Assembly (NCBI GenBank): GCA_002269645.1
Contig: NIVC01003684.1
Span: forward strand, 18,972-82,971
Direction of reading: 5' to 3'
Length of the DNA: 64,000 bases
From: Macrostomum lignano
Lineage: Eukaryota
The translations under genes and the position numbers were made by a program. Positions within the stretch are counted from its first letter, which is position 1. The number at the start of each line of letters is the position of its first letter. The notes beneath the pieces were generated by a model. That model saw nothing but the letters and a program-made list of their open reading frames with translations, was not told the DNA's origin and did not search any database. This document shows positions 1 through 13,300 of the stretch, piece by piece.

Positions 1-1029
1 ACAAATTCAAATATAGGCATTAGAATTTGACTTTTTAATATTTTCTTAAATTATTCTCTATTTATCTAGTGATCACGAGTGGCTTTACTTGTAGCTTGCC
101 TTCAGTGTTGGGTGTGTTACTCATTACTAAAGTGATTGTACCAGGGCTTTTACCTCCTACTTTATCAATTTTAATCCCACTAAATGCCACCAAAGTTGTC
201 GCAGGGGTTATTCTTCTGTCTCTATAAATGTCTTAATGTTGGTAGCTGCCACCAGGATTATCCTATTAATAAATTATGAGTTTATCAATCTTAGAACAAT
301 CTGAGAAATTTTTCTTAGAATTGATCTGAGTATATATCTTAGTATTTAGTCTGAGTATTTAGTCTAAGTATTTAGTCTGAGTACTTAGTCTGAGTATTAT
401 TCTTAGAAAACTATTAGCCCTTAAAGATTTTATTCCTCTGTTATTCTGGTAGCGTTCTGTTATTCTGGTAGCGTTCTATTTAATGATTTGGCCCGAGCGG
501 TATTTTGGCTTACTGGTATATGTATTTCATGTACTTTGCAAGTCCTTGGGCATTACCGAGATCAGAGGGTCACAGCCTCCAGTTATTCTTACACTTATTA
601 CTTCGGAACTACTTTGTATTTCTTACTACTCAATGCTGCTACTTCTCAATAGTATATACTATATACGCTTCAGTCTATTTGGCTCTTATGTCTGCAAATG
701 AATGACTCGGAAAACGGCTCCTCTTATATTTATTCGTAACACTCCTTTCTTTATATGCTTACTCCTTTCATAGGAACTGCACGAAGGCAAGTTGCTCTCT
801 CTTTGGCTTGGATCATGTCTATTTATACTAAATTATTTCATAGTTTTAAACAAAAATTAATTCGCGAAAATATTCTGGAAAATACATACAGTATAACAAA
901 TTGTTTGCTTAGTATTTTGGCACGAATTTAAAAGTATCGAATTGTAAAATTATAGATCACCCTGCACATGATAAAAGTTGTTACTTTTTTGGTAATGGCA
1001 CTTTTTGCATTACTTTTTCTGGGTAACAA

Positions 1030-2112
1030 GGGCCATTCCATATAATTATGGTCATAACATGACAGACTATTTTTACTTATAAAATGAAATCTAATAATAG
1101 AATACACTAAGCCAATATTTTGAATGAAAGATTATTTTGTCAAGAATATGTTTATAAAGTTTTATATAGATATCAGCATTAGTATAGATGCTATTAAACC
1201 TTGAATGGCACTTATGGTCATATATGCGCAACAGTCGGCCGAGTCGGTCGATCCGGCTGACCGATTTGGAAGTCGCAAAAATGCCCACCCGAAAAAACAC
1301 AAAGTAGTAGTACTAAGTAGCTGACGAGGCATTTTGGCTTTATAATACAGTCATAGTTACTCCTGCTATTTACCAAAAGTTGCGTTAATTTTGCTTTTGG
1401 GTTTTTTACATGTAAGTTGCATTTTTGGCCAAAAACTATGTCGCATTTTTGTTAAAACTAAGTCACACGGCTGACCAAATTTTGGAGTTGCGCATGTATG
1501 CTTATGGTCGTAACAACAGGATTTTTGACATATTGAAACTAAAAGGTAAAAGTCTTATAACATTTTTCATTTTTGATATTTTGCAATATTTTTTTAAATT
1601 AGACTAAGAACAACTTTAGAAGTCATACTCTTTTATTAGAATATATAAACTCAAAAAGGCAACAAAGATACAAAAGAAAAGGCAGCCTTATGGTTGTAAC
1701 ATTATGGTCTAAACATATTTTTTCTGTCAATTCAGTAACTTTGAGGTACTAATATATTAAAAATATAATAGATTATATGGTTGCTAATGTTTTCATCTGA
1801 TGATGCAAGTACTATAATTTTATATATAGTTTGTTTTAACCTTCTAAAGCCTTCTATTTGTTTTTAAAAGGTACATAAACTTAATGATGTCTTTTGCTTA
1901 GAAAATTTCCAATTTTTTAATTTTTACAAAAATAACTTTTTGCCAATTGATAACATACTAATCCAACATTTTATCATTTATTTATTCTTAGATTGTATAC
2001 ATTACATACAAAAAAAGATTTGGTAAAAAAACTTGGCTGATAAGGCAATGACAAGCAAAAATATTGACTTTTTTCTATTTTCCAAATATGTCCATCTTAT
2101 ATGGAATGGGCC
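1030..2112. mobile_element. Putative non-autonomous TIR element (MITE-like), ~1.08 kb
   Basis: GGGCCATTCCATATAA at 1030-1045 and its near-perfect reverse complement TTATATGGAATGGGCC at 2097-2112 (15/16 match). The internal motif TTATGGT(C/T) recurs at ~1046, 1212, 1502 and 1687. No clear TSD and no ORF. Confidence 0.45.
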
Positions 2113-2778
2113 ATAATGATTGTTACTTTAAACTTTCTTAATATTTCCATTACTTATTACCCATGACTTCTATTTGACCATTACCAAATAAGGAAACAGA
2201 ATATAAAAGTACATGGTATACAAACAAGTTAAAATTAAATAAAAGTATAAATATTGGTATAAAGCAAACAAAAACAAAAAATGCAAAGCAAATAACATCA
2301 ATAGATTCCATAATTATCACTTATACTACTAAATTCTTATTATTGCTATTTGTTTTTTTCTTTTAATGCTTTTTTACTATTTAGCAAATAATAAATAAAA
2401 TTTTAAAAGATTATATAGTCACAGAAAAATAAAAAACCTATAACTGAATAAATTGTTTTAATTTTGTTGTAATTCTAATTGTATTTCTTAGACTAAATTT
2501 AGTGCATATTTATTTTTTGGTTTTAATTACTTCATTGAATCATTTTTCTTTTTTCATTTATAAAGAAGAATTAATTCACTTATAATCAAGAACTTGAAGA
2601 CAACAAACTTGATAAAGACAATGATAGTGATTTGAATTAATCAAGTGGGAATAATTTAGACTATTATTCCATTTACTCTAGTGTAGACAGACAGTGCTAC
2701 AGCTATAGCTATTTCTAATGTGAGTGATATTGCTAATGCTATTGGTGCTTATGCTCTAAAGCATATATAGGCCTATCT

Positions 2779-2960
2779 TTGGCCACATATTTGCAACTAC
2801 TAGAGATAAAAAACTTGGCCTCCCTAAAAAACCCAGTTCTCATTTGCCAACTTTATCTTCTAAGAAGTCAAAGTCTAAATCCTATTAAGACCCATGTCTT
2901 TTCTTTGAAATATTTAAATAAGCATTTAAAGTCAAAACATCCAAGTAATGTTTCAAAGAC
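2779..2960 (+). pseudogene. Decayed BED zinc-finger fragment, probably a hAT-type transposase N-terminus
   Basis: ORF 2779 reads ...VLICQLY...YLNKHLKSKHP, resembling BED C-x2-C...L-x2-H-L-x3-H-P with the second Cys changed to Tyr. Context is highly AT-rich and degenerate. No catalytic domain recognised. Confidence 0.3.
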
Positions 2961-5569
2961 AAAAGTACTTATCAGTAAGCATTTGTCACTTTATTTACTT
3001 GCTTATTACATAACATTATATATTTTAAATATATTTATTATTAATATTTATTTAATTTTTAAAAAAATAAAGGCTAGATCTAAAAAAGAATATTTTAAAG
3101 AAGGCTTAGGTGAACAATATAAATATTTATTTTTAAAAATATTATATTTATAAATTTATACTAATATTAGGCCCGATTTACTTTATATTTATAATAGAAT
3201 CTATAAAAAGCATCTGGAATCAATAGAATCTATATTATATATACATTATATAGAAACACTAAAGGGCTAAAAACTATAAATTATAATCCTATATATATAA
3301 GCTATATTATTTGTTTAATTAATACAACTTTTTAGTTTTCTTTTGCAGAATTCAATATAAGCATAACAGTTAATTTTCATATAAGAAATCTAAACATATG
3401 CCAGTGTAATGCAATGCCATAATCTAGGCCTAGTGAAAATAATAGAAAATAGGCCTAATGATAGGCCTCCTAACCAATATAAATGTACTAACAATTCAAG
3501 TCATTAGACATTATTTAATTTATTTTAAATTGTTTTCATATAACCTACAACTGGATAGATATTAAACAAGATCTCCAAAACTTACTACTTAGTAACTTAA
3601 AACATAAGTGAGTAAGTTCAAGTGACACCTGCCAGCAAATGAAAAGGTGACAGACAAAATAACCACGCACAGGAATTACTATATTAAATATTCAAATCAA
3701 AGTTCAAAGTTAAGAGATTGGAAACCAGTAGCTGCATTAATTTTTAGCATAATTAATAACGCTTTTTAATTAAAACCTAAGCTAACTAAACCCTTTTAAA
3801 ATATAAAGGTGTCGACATAGACAAAGATATGATTTACATAACATCCAGTCCATAAGAGGCTTAGACGGCCTAGGACGGGTACATAACAAACCGGACCTAA
3901 GATTTTTTAGCCTGTTTGTACAACAGTAAGTTCTGGCAGTAAGTTCTTAGCAATTGAACCACTGTATATAGCTATATGGCTCATGAGATATATAGCTTAG
4001 ATAGATTATCAATATTGTGGTAATTGTAGGCGCAGCCTCCCACTGTCTTTCCCCACTGACTTTCCCAGTGCGGATTGTGCACTTGGTGGGAAATTTCATT
4101 ACGTATGTTGACGTCATTTCCCTGTGTGGAAATCCCATTTTCCTCTTAGTGTAATTCGGGTGCCTACTCCTTGTAATTTTTGTTTTTCTGTTAATTTAAA
4201 TTGTGTTACACCCGGTGTTTAGTCGCTACCACCCGGTGTACCCATCTTTTCCATTGCGTGTAACCCTCTCTTCCACCCGTTTTCCTCCCGGTGGCTCATG
4301 AGAACAGTGACGTATTTAAGGGACTGCGCCCCCCTTTCCTCCAGCCCCAATTCCCGGATCCCAAGTTCCAAATATTTGAGTGGCTCTAAGTGTACATGTA
4401 GATCCAGTTCTCCCGACCCGACCAGCTCCTCTCCCGGCCAGCCAAATAAGTAAATTGCTATATGTTAATAATTAATTATTTTTATCTTTAACAGCTTAAT
4501 AATATTCATATCCAGTTTGTGCAACAATAATACTAAGCAGTTAATCGTGTGCCAAACGGTGTCTTAAGCCTTCGTGACCTCGCGGAAGAATTCAGTTGAC
4601 CCTCGGTGGTCTTATTAAAGAGAAGTTCTAGGGCAGATTCGAGTAAACTTGAGCTTTAGACCTTTTCTCCGCGAATTACCGCGGTGGTGGCAGCGACCTA
4701 CTACCATTTAGTAAAATACAACACTAGCTGCGGCACCCAGCAAAAATCTAGTTTATTTTAATTAAGTTAATTCTCCGTAGCGGCTAAATTTTGCACCCCG
4801 AGTTCGTCCGAGTTTGTTTAAATCGCAAAGATCAGCGCCGATTTGAATGGCCTGCAAAAACCGAGACTCTCAGACCCACCCCCAAAATATTTTGTCTCCA
4901 ACCCCCGTCTTCAATATCCTTCCCTTTGTCTCTTGCAACACCTTCTATTTGCATACATCAGCTATACAAATTCAGTTGTATTTATTCAGTATCATAAAAA
5001 ATATCTAAACTATCATATCGGCAAAATAAAAAGCAAATTTTATTACTAAAAGTAGTAGGAACTACGGATTGCGCTAGCTAGTATTTACCTCACATCTCTC
5101 ATCATTTTCGCACGAGCTTTATAGTAGTCACGTGCTCATGAATATCAAAAGTATTTACTCAACGGATCATCTCTCCATTTTTTCAAAGTTGGCATGCCCG
5201 TTTGGAAAACCAATATTTGGTCAAGGACTACTCAGGTAGAAGGACGGGAAACCAATCGTTTCTTGGAAAATTTTGGAGGCAGGTTTTTTCCGAAAAAAAT
5301 ACACTACGGAGATAGGAGGTTTTCATTTTTTCAGCACAATAAAAATTGCTTTCGATTTCGATAGGCAAACCCACTGTTAATCTTTTGATATGTTGTGCCT
5401 TTCTTATCACGTCGTGCCAAGAAGCGGATGTGCGCGACTGTGCGAACAGAAACGCTAACCGCCGCTTTTGAGGCATCCTGCCCTTTAAAAGCCTATAAAG
5501 GGAAAAAAATCTACGCCGTGGTGGAATCCCGAGCTCGGCAACCTTCGTCACAGAGATAAGAGACTCCAC

Positions 5570-8130
5570 CGCAGAGCAACTAAAACCAAGAGCTCAGCGG
5601 ACCAAACCGCCGATCATGAAACAATCCATGAGTTTAAAAGGCAGGTCAGGAACGCGAAAGCTCAGAAATGGCGTCAATACTGTGAGGAGCTAGAGGACTC
5701 ACGCCCCACCTCCAGAACTGTGAAAGCGCTTGCGCTGGACAAAATGTCTAAGCTTTCCTCTGTTAAGCGCACCGGCGGCAAGTCCACGGACAACCCAGGC
5801 GAAACGCTTGATGCAATGCTCTCTGCGTTTTACCCAACAAGCCGGTCAACGTGACCACTCCGGACGCACTGGCTGCCTCTATCATCACGGAGAACCGCAT
5901 CGCAATAGCGGCTAACTCCTTCACACCTTTTAAGGCTCCAGTACCCGATTGTATTGTACCCGCCCTCCTGAGAGAGGCGGTTAAATGCCCATGGCTTCCT
6001 GAGTAAACTTTGCAGCCTTTTCGGGCGTGCATCACCCTTGGTTACGTCCCACAGGCTTTGGACCGAGGCAAAGGTGATTTTTATCCCTAAGCCAGGCCGT
6101 CCGGACTACCATTCTATCAAATCCTTCAGACTGATCAGCCTCCAACCTCCAACCTCAACCTCCTCCCTGGTCAAGCTGATGGAGAGATTGGTGCTCTGGC
6201 GCCTCCTCTCTGTGGAGCTGAAGAACAAACCCTTCTGCGGAAACCAGCACGCTTTGCAGGCGGGTCGCTCCACTGAAAGCGCGCAGCACGTCCTGGTCGA
6301 TAAACTAGAGAAGGTCGTGCTTGGAAACGGCTTCGCTCAAGGGATCTTCCTGAACATCATTAGCGCCTTCGATAACTTCATCTTCCAGGCGTTCCAAAGA
6401 GCCCTCTGTGAGAGGCAAACCCACTCGCATCTCACCAGGTGGATCATGTACATGATCAGCCATCGCACGGCCACCGCCAGTTTGCTTTGGCTACCAGAGG
6501 ACGTCTGCAAAGGTAGCCTTCAAGGTGGGGTGCTGTCTCAAGTTCTCTGGAATATGGTCATCGATGAGCTCCTTCGGGATGCTCGGCCTGACCCCTCTGA
6601 AAGTAGGATATGCGGACGATGTCCCCGCGGTGGCATCTGGTCCGTCCCCTGATACCCTGGGGGACCTTCTTCAGAATTTTATTTACGCCGCTGAGCAATG
6701 AGCGGATCGCTGTGGTCTAAAGCTCTCTGAGACTAAGACCGCAGCGATCATGTTCACCAGCAGGTCCAAGTGGAAAATTCGGCCGCTTACGCTTTACGGA
6801 AGGGAAGTCCCCTACAAGCAGACTAAATATCTGGGTATTAACCTGGATCACAGGCTGCTGGTCACCCCACGTTCAAGCAATAGCCAAGAGGGCCCTCGCA
6901 GTTCTCGCGCTGCTGCGCAGGGCCGTCGGCACCACCTGGGGGCTCAGTCCTAAGCGCCTCTGGTGGATCTACACTGCAATGGTTAAGCCCGCTGTCTCGT
7001 CCGGCGGCCTGATCTGGGCTAGCGCCCTGCAGATGAAGACCTGCCTAGAGAGTCTCAGGAGAGCGCAAGGGCGCGCATACCGCATTATCATGAACGCCCC
7101 CGTCTGCTCCTTACGATGGCCTCAACGCCTTCCTCAACATTCCCCCGCTGGACATCTTTGTCCGCAGGGAAGCGGCTAAGACTGCCCGCCGTCTAATTGA
7201 CGCTGGCATTCGTATCCTGCCCCACAAGGCCATGGCTTCTGCCTCACGCCGACCTCTGCCTCAAATACTTGAGAGACGGCGGCGGGCTCCACGGCTTATC
7301 TGACGGCGAACCCCGCACTCTCAACCTCTTTCAGCGCTAAAAGGTCACCATCCCCTCTAGGGATGTTGCCACTGACCACTGGAATCTCCAGGAGTTCCAT
7401 TGTTAAACAGACGGATCCATCAAAGACGGCCATGCTGGCTTTGGGGTCTGCATCATCATCAACGGCCGCGTCATTGTCACGCATGTCCAGCACACTGGCA
7501 GACTCTTCACGGTCTTCCAAGGGTACGAGAGGAGAGCTGAGTGCCAAGAGACGAGAGGAGAGAGGATAGCCAAGCGAACTTACAGGCCTTTGCCACACCC
7601 CAAAGAACTCCCGGACAGTCGCCGACTGCGCCCGGCAACTCAGCCTCCTGGCCAGTAGCAATACTGTCAGGCTGAAGTGGATCCCAGGGCACGCAGGGTT
7701 TCCGGGGAACGAGCTGGCAGACACCCTCGCCAAGAGGGGCGGCTCTGGCTCTTTTCTTGGCCCTGCTCCCCTGATCCCTATCCCCGATCTACAGTCATCA
7801 ATCGTCAGATCGATGACTGGGCTGACTCCCTCCACATGGGCGGGCACCCAAAACTGCCGGCAATCTCGTGCTGCGGTTCCGTGCCCCTCTCGCAGGCTCA
7901 GAAACGTCCTTCTGAAGCAAAATCGGAAGGATATTCGAGCCCTTGTCCATGACCCTTACCGGCCATGGCTACCTCTTCCGAGGCCACCTCGAGAGTGAAC
8001 TTTGAAGAGTGAACGCTGCAGGACGGACCGGCGGGACCACCCTGACCGGCCCCGCGCCTCCTGCCTGTCTGTAGGGCCTTCAAGGGCTAGCGTAATGGGC
8101 GACCCTCGCCTCCCCGCTGTGTCTACGGAC
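5570..8130 (+). mobile_element. 5'-truncated, frameshifted non-LTR retrotransposon (I-group, Loa/R1-like) with RT and RNase H
   Basis: Linker KRQVRNAKAQKWRQYCEEL (~5625). RT motifs IFIPKPGRPDY..KSFRLISL, QGGVLSQVLWNMVIDELL and YADD (6609-6620). RNase H motifs TDGSIKDGHAGFG (~7390) and [23 protein letters not shown] (~7670-7740). C-terminal LTGHGYL (~7955). Multiple frameshifts and stops; no endonuclease region. Confidence 0.9.
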
Positions 8131-8888
8131 CACCCTGCAGCTAAGTCAAGTCGAAGTGCCTCTTTTATAGCTCTATTGATATTCATAAAGTTTTCGTTTA
8201 GAAAATTAAGATTCTTGTTAATTGTTTTATTCTACGTACCTAAAAATCATAAAAATGCATGGCACAGCTCGACTCATTGGTTTCATGAATCCATTTTATC
8301 AGGTCTGTTACACATACTGCTACACAATCAGCTAAGAATGACAAAATAGATCGTGTGCCTATCTAAACATGGCAAGGCTCAATTGCAACATCAAAAAGAC
8401 ATCATTTTTTAAATTGGTATCGTAAAAACAAACATCTAGTTAATTTTATAACTTAGCTATCTGATGAGCCAAGTTGAGAATGCTGCAATAAATTATTTTA
8501 CAATCATACAAACATCAATCTACTCGCGTGCGTAAACCATTTTTTTCCTATGCAGGAAATGAAAATGCGAGCATCGTGCTTGAGCAAAAAATTTCCCCAT
8601 TCGATTATACAATAATTCTATTATCTTATTAATAACTGCTATTCACAATTATTAACAATGGAAGTGAATTAAGGCAAATGATAGCAAATCCTATTCTTCT
8701 TGATTTGCATGAATGCTCTTCCTCCAAAAAAACAATTTTAAGGACAAAAATAGCTTCGCTATTGAAGCGAGAGCAATGTTTTTAATATCAATGAAAAGTG
8801 CATATTTTTAATACACGTTTGAATAAGGTTTCTTCTGTTTGACACAGAATGTGTGAAATCTGGTAACATCTTGTAACATGTAATTTTG

Positions 8889-9962
8889 TGACAGCCTTGT
8901 TAATTCTGTGACAACCTTGTTAATTCTGTGACAACCTTGTTAATTCTGTGATTCTGTGAACCTTGTTAATTCTGTGAACCTTGTTAATTCTGTGTGACAA
9001 CCTTGTTAATTCTGTGTGACAACCTTGTTAATTCTGTGTGACAACCTTGTTAATTCTGTGTGACAACCTTGTTAATTCTGTGTGACAACCTTGTTAATTC
9101 TGTGTGACAACCTTGTTAATTCTGTGTGACAACCTTGTTAATCCGGTGTGACAACCTTGTTAATTCTGTGTGACAACCTTGTTAATTCTGTGTGACAACC
9201 TTGTTAATTTTGTGTGACAACCTTGTTAATTCTGTGTGACAACCTTGTTAATCCGGTGTGACAACCTTGTTAACTCTGTGTGACAACCTTGTTAATTCTG
9301 TGTGAGAACCTTGTTAATTCTGTGTGACAACCTTGTTAATTCTGTGTGACAACCTTGTTAATTCTGTGTGACAACCTTGTTAGTTCTGTGTGCCAACCTT
9401 GTTAATTCTGTGTGACAACCTTGTTAATTCTGTGTGACAACCTTGTTAATTTTGTGTGACAACCTTGTTAATTCTGTGTGACAACCTTGTTAATTCTGTG
9501 TGATTACCTTGTTAATTCTGTGTGACAATCTTGTTAATTCTGTGTGATTACCTTGTTAATCCTGTGGGACAACCTTGATAATTTTGTGTGACAACCTTGT
9601 TAATTCTGTGTGACAACCTTGTTAACTCTGTGTGACAATCTTGTTAACTCTGTGTGACAACCTTGGTAATTCTGTGTGACAACCTTGTTAATTCTGTGTG
9701 ACAACCTTGTTAATCCTGTGAGAAAACCTTGTTAATTTTGTGTGACAACCTTGTTAATCCTGTGTGACAACCTTGTTAATCCTGTGTGACAACCTTGTTA
9801 ATCCTGTGGGACAACCTTGATAATTTTGTGTGACAACCTTGTTAATTCTGTGTGACAACCTTGTTAATTCTGTGTGACAACCTTGTTAATTCTGTGACAA
9901 CCTTGTTAATTCTGTGTGACAACCTTGTTAATTCTGTGACAACCTTGTTAACTCTGTGTGAC
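8889..9962. repeat. 22-bp minisatellite (GACAACCTTGTTAATTCTGTGT)n
   Basis: Tandem array visible directly, upstream of the lectin promoter. Confidence 0.95.
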
Positions 9963-10148
9963 AGTTTCGGAGTTCGGAAACTTTCTATTCCTTTTGTCTA
10001 CATGGCATCCAATACTACATTATTACATACCCAAGAATGCAGTATGCAGTATTTTTCTGTCCAGAAACCTTCCATAAGATTTCTCGGTGGCAAGCATGGA
10101 AGCACAGGAAGGCTGTGATTGGCTGTAAACCAGATGCTGCTACAGCTC

Positions 10149-10155
10149 TATAAAT
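10149..10155 (+). promoter_or_regulatory. Putative TATA box of the lectin gene
   Basis: TATAAAT ~90 bp upstream of the lectin ATG (10241). Confidence 0.4.
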
Positions 10156-10240
10156 ATTCGCGTGCTTGGGCAGCCTGAGCATCCAGACCCAGCTCAGAGC
10201 ATATATGATCCAATAAATCCATTCAAGAGCTCTCGCAGTT

Positions 10241-10316
10241 ATGACTGCCAGATTGCATCGGAGATACCTGCTTCTACAGTTAATTTACTTTCTCGTCGCC
10301 ATGGTTACAGTGAGCG
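10241..10316 (+). CDS. SUEL lectin exon 1 (signal peptide)
   Basis: ATG at 10241, hydrophobic core, GTGAGT donor at 10317; phase matches exon 2. Confidence 0.75.
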
Positions 10317-13300
10317 GTGAGTATAGCGAGTTCAATTCCCATTAGGCACTCTTTTTACCCAAACAGCTAATGGAAGCGGCTTATCAGACTAGCGACATCA
10401 CTGTCTGATCCCATCCCCTGGGTGTATTAACAGTAGGAATACCAAGCCATTTTTCCGCCCGTCGAACTACCAAGAGGGGGGGAAAAATTCCCCCCCTGAC
10501 AATTTTTTTTGCTGCGTCGGAACGGAGCAACGCAGGCACACAAAATTCAAGAACATGGGCTAACTTTTTGTTGCGCACCTTCTCAAACAAGAATCAAGTT
10601 GCCAACCCTCCGGACCGTCGAGATATTCGACGATTCTGCCAGAAGGTCAGATTTTTCCCATAAGCGCTAGTGTATTCAGTACACCCCTGTGTGCCAATTA
10701 GCACTGCGCCTCAGTGCAGCCTTGCCAAGTCTCCAAATTTCATCAGCACGTCGACCAAATGTGTCTGCATCAGCTCTGACTTCGTTGGTTACTGGCCTTC
10801 ACCGAGACGGAGCTTCTAGACCTTCAACAGGTGGCACCAGGTGACTATGAACACCTTGATGCGAATTTCTCTAGTTTCGCCGATCAAGCCTCGACAGTAG
10901 GCAAGCCTCAACTGCCAGACACCCTCAGCTAGTCTCCTGAGCATTCCTTCATCATCCCGACACCGACGGCACCTTCAACAGGTGGCATCAGGTGACTATG
11001 GACGTCCTTTTGCAACTATGTCAGGTCTTTCTTATCAAGCTTCAATAATGGGCAAACCTCAACCGACGGACATTGTCAGCTAGTCTCTCAAGCATTCCGT
11101 CATCATCTCGACGCCGTCGGCTCCTTCAACAGATTACACCAGGTGACTATGGACAGCCTGATAAGAATTTCTCTAGTTTTGCCGATCAAGCCTCGATAGT
11201 AGGCAAAAATCAACTGCTGGACATCCTCAGCTAGTCAGTCAAGCATTCAGCCATCAACCGGACGCCGTCGGCTCCTTCAACAGATTACACCAGGTGACTA
11301 TGGACATCCTGTTGCAAATATGTCAGGTTTTTCTTATGCTTCAGAAATGTTAAGAGAATGATGAAAAATCACGCTCAGGTGTCCTTACTCCCCTGGTGCC
11401 ACCTGTTGAAGGTGCCGACGGCGTCGGGGTGATGGCTGAATGCTTGACTGACTAGCTGAGGATGTCCAGCAGTTGATGTTTGCTCATTATTGAAGCTTGA
11501 TAAGAAAAACCTGACATAGTTGCAAAAGGACGTCCATAGTCACCTGATGCCACCTGTTGAAGGTGCCGTCGGTGTCGGGATGATGAAGGAATGCTCAGGA
11601 GACTAGCTGAGGGTGTCTGGCAGTTGAGGCTTGCCTACTGTCGAGGCTTGATCGGCGAAACTAGAGAAATTCGCATCAAGGTGTTCATAGTCACCTGGTG
11701 CCACCTGTTGAAGGTCTAGAAGCTCCGTCTCGGTGAAGGCCAGTAACCAACGAAGTCAGAGCTGATGCAGACACATTTGGTCGACGTGCTGATGAAATTT
11801 GGAGACTTGGCAAGGCTGCACTGAGGCGCAGTGCTAATTGGCGCACAGGGGTGTACTGAATACACTAGCGCTTATGGAAAAAATCTGACCTTCTGGCAGA
11901 ATCGTCGAATATCTCGACGGTCCGGAGGGTTGGCAACTTGATTCTTGTTTGAGAAGGTGCGCAACAAAAAGTTAGCCCATGTTCTTGAATTTTGTGTGCC
12001 TGCGTTGCTCCGTTCCGACGCAGCAAAAAAAATTGTCAGGGGGGGGGAAATTTTCCCCCCCTCTTGGTAGTTCTACTGTTAATGGGTGTAGAATAAAGAA
12101 CCCCATTATCCTGTTTACGCTTCACCCAGCCCGAGGAATCAAAGCTAAATTTGGGATTCTTGTGTTTTATGGTTCTCCCAGTCAGATCCCGGATTTCCGT
12201 ACTGGGTCGCCTGAAAACAGTGGCCAAGTATCATCGCCAGTGATCCTAAGCCTCATCATGATCCGATGGTCCTCAGCCTCATGATCCAATTGTCCTCAGC
12301 TTCATCATGATCCAGTGGTCCTCAGCCTCATCATGATCCAATTGCCCTCAGCTTCATCATGATCCAATGGTCCTCAACCTCATCATGATCCAATGGTCCT
12401 CAACCTCATCATGATCCAATGGTCCTCAGCCTCATCATGATCCAATTGTCCTCAGCTTCATCATGATCCAATGGTCCTCAGCCTCATCATGATTCAATTG
12501 TCCTCAGCTTCATGATCCAATTGTCCTCAGCTTCATCATGATCCAATGGTCCTCAGCCTCATCATGATCCAATGGTCCTCAGCTTCATCATGATCCAATG
12601 GTCCTCAACCTCATCATGATCCAATGGTCCTCAGCCTCATCATGATCCAATGGTCCTCAGCCTCATCATGATCCAATGGTCCTCAGCCTCATCATGATCC
12701 AATGGTCCTCAGCCTCATCATGATCCAATGGTCCTCAACCTCATCATGATCCAATGGTCCTCAACCTCATCATTTTCCAATGGTCCTCAACCTCATCATG
12801 ATCCAATGGTCCTCAACCTCATCATGATCCAATGGTCCTCAGCCTCATCATGATTCAATTGTCCTCAGCTTCATGATCCAATTGTCCTCAGCTTCATCAT
12901 GATCCAATGGTCCTCAGCCTCATCATGATCCAATGGTCCTCAGCTTCATCATGATCCAATGGTCCTCAACCTCATCATGATCCAATGGTCCTCAGCTTCA
13001 TGATCCAATGGTCCTCAGCTTCATCATGATCCAATGGTCCTCAACCTCATCATGATCCAATGGTCCTCAACCTCATCATGATCCAATGGTCCTCAACCTC
13101 ATCATGATCCAATGGTCCTCAGCCTCATCATGATCCAATGGTCCTCAGCCTCATCATGATCCAATGGTCCTCAACCTCATCATGATCCAATGGTCCTCAG
13201 CCTCATCATGATCCAATGGTCCTCAGCCTCATCATGATCCAATGGTCCTCAGCCTCATCATTTTCCAATGGTCCTCAGCAAAATAGCCCTATAGTCGAGT

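Noticed and set aside
60-620. Possible gypsy gag/protease relic on the minus strand (TTLVAFSGIKIDKVG)
   Set aside because: Resemblance is weak, stops are frequent, and no DTG catalytic motif or intact zinc knuckle is present.
10295-10308. X-box-like GTCGCCATGGTTAC
   Set aside because: It lies inside the lectin signal-peptide coding sequence and mismatches one half-site; likely coincidental.
8889-13278. CRISPR-like regular repeats
   Set aside because: The units are head-to-tail with no unique spacers, the context is eukaryotic, and there are no cas genes.
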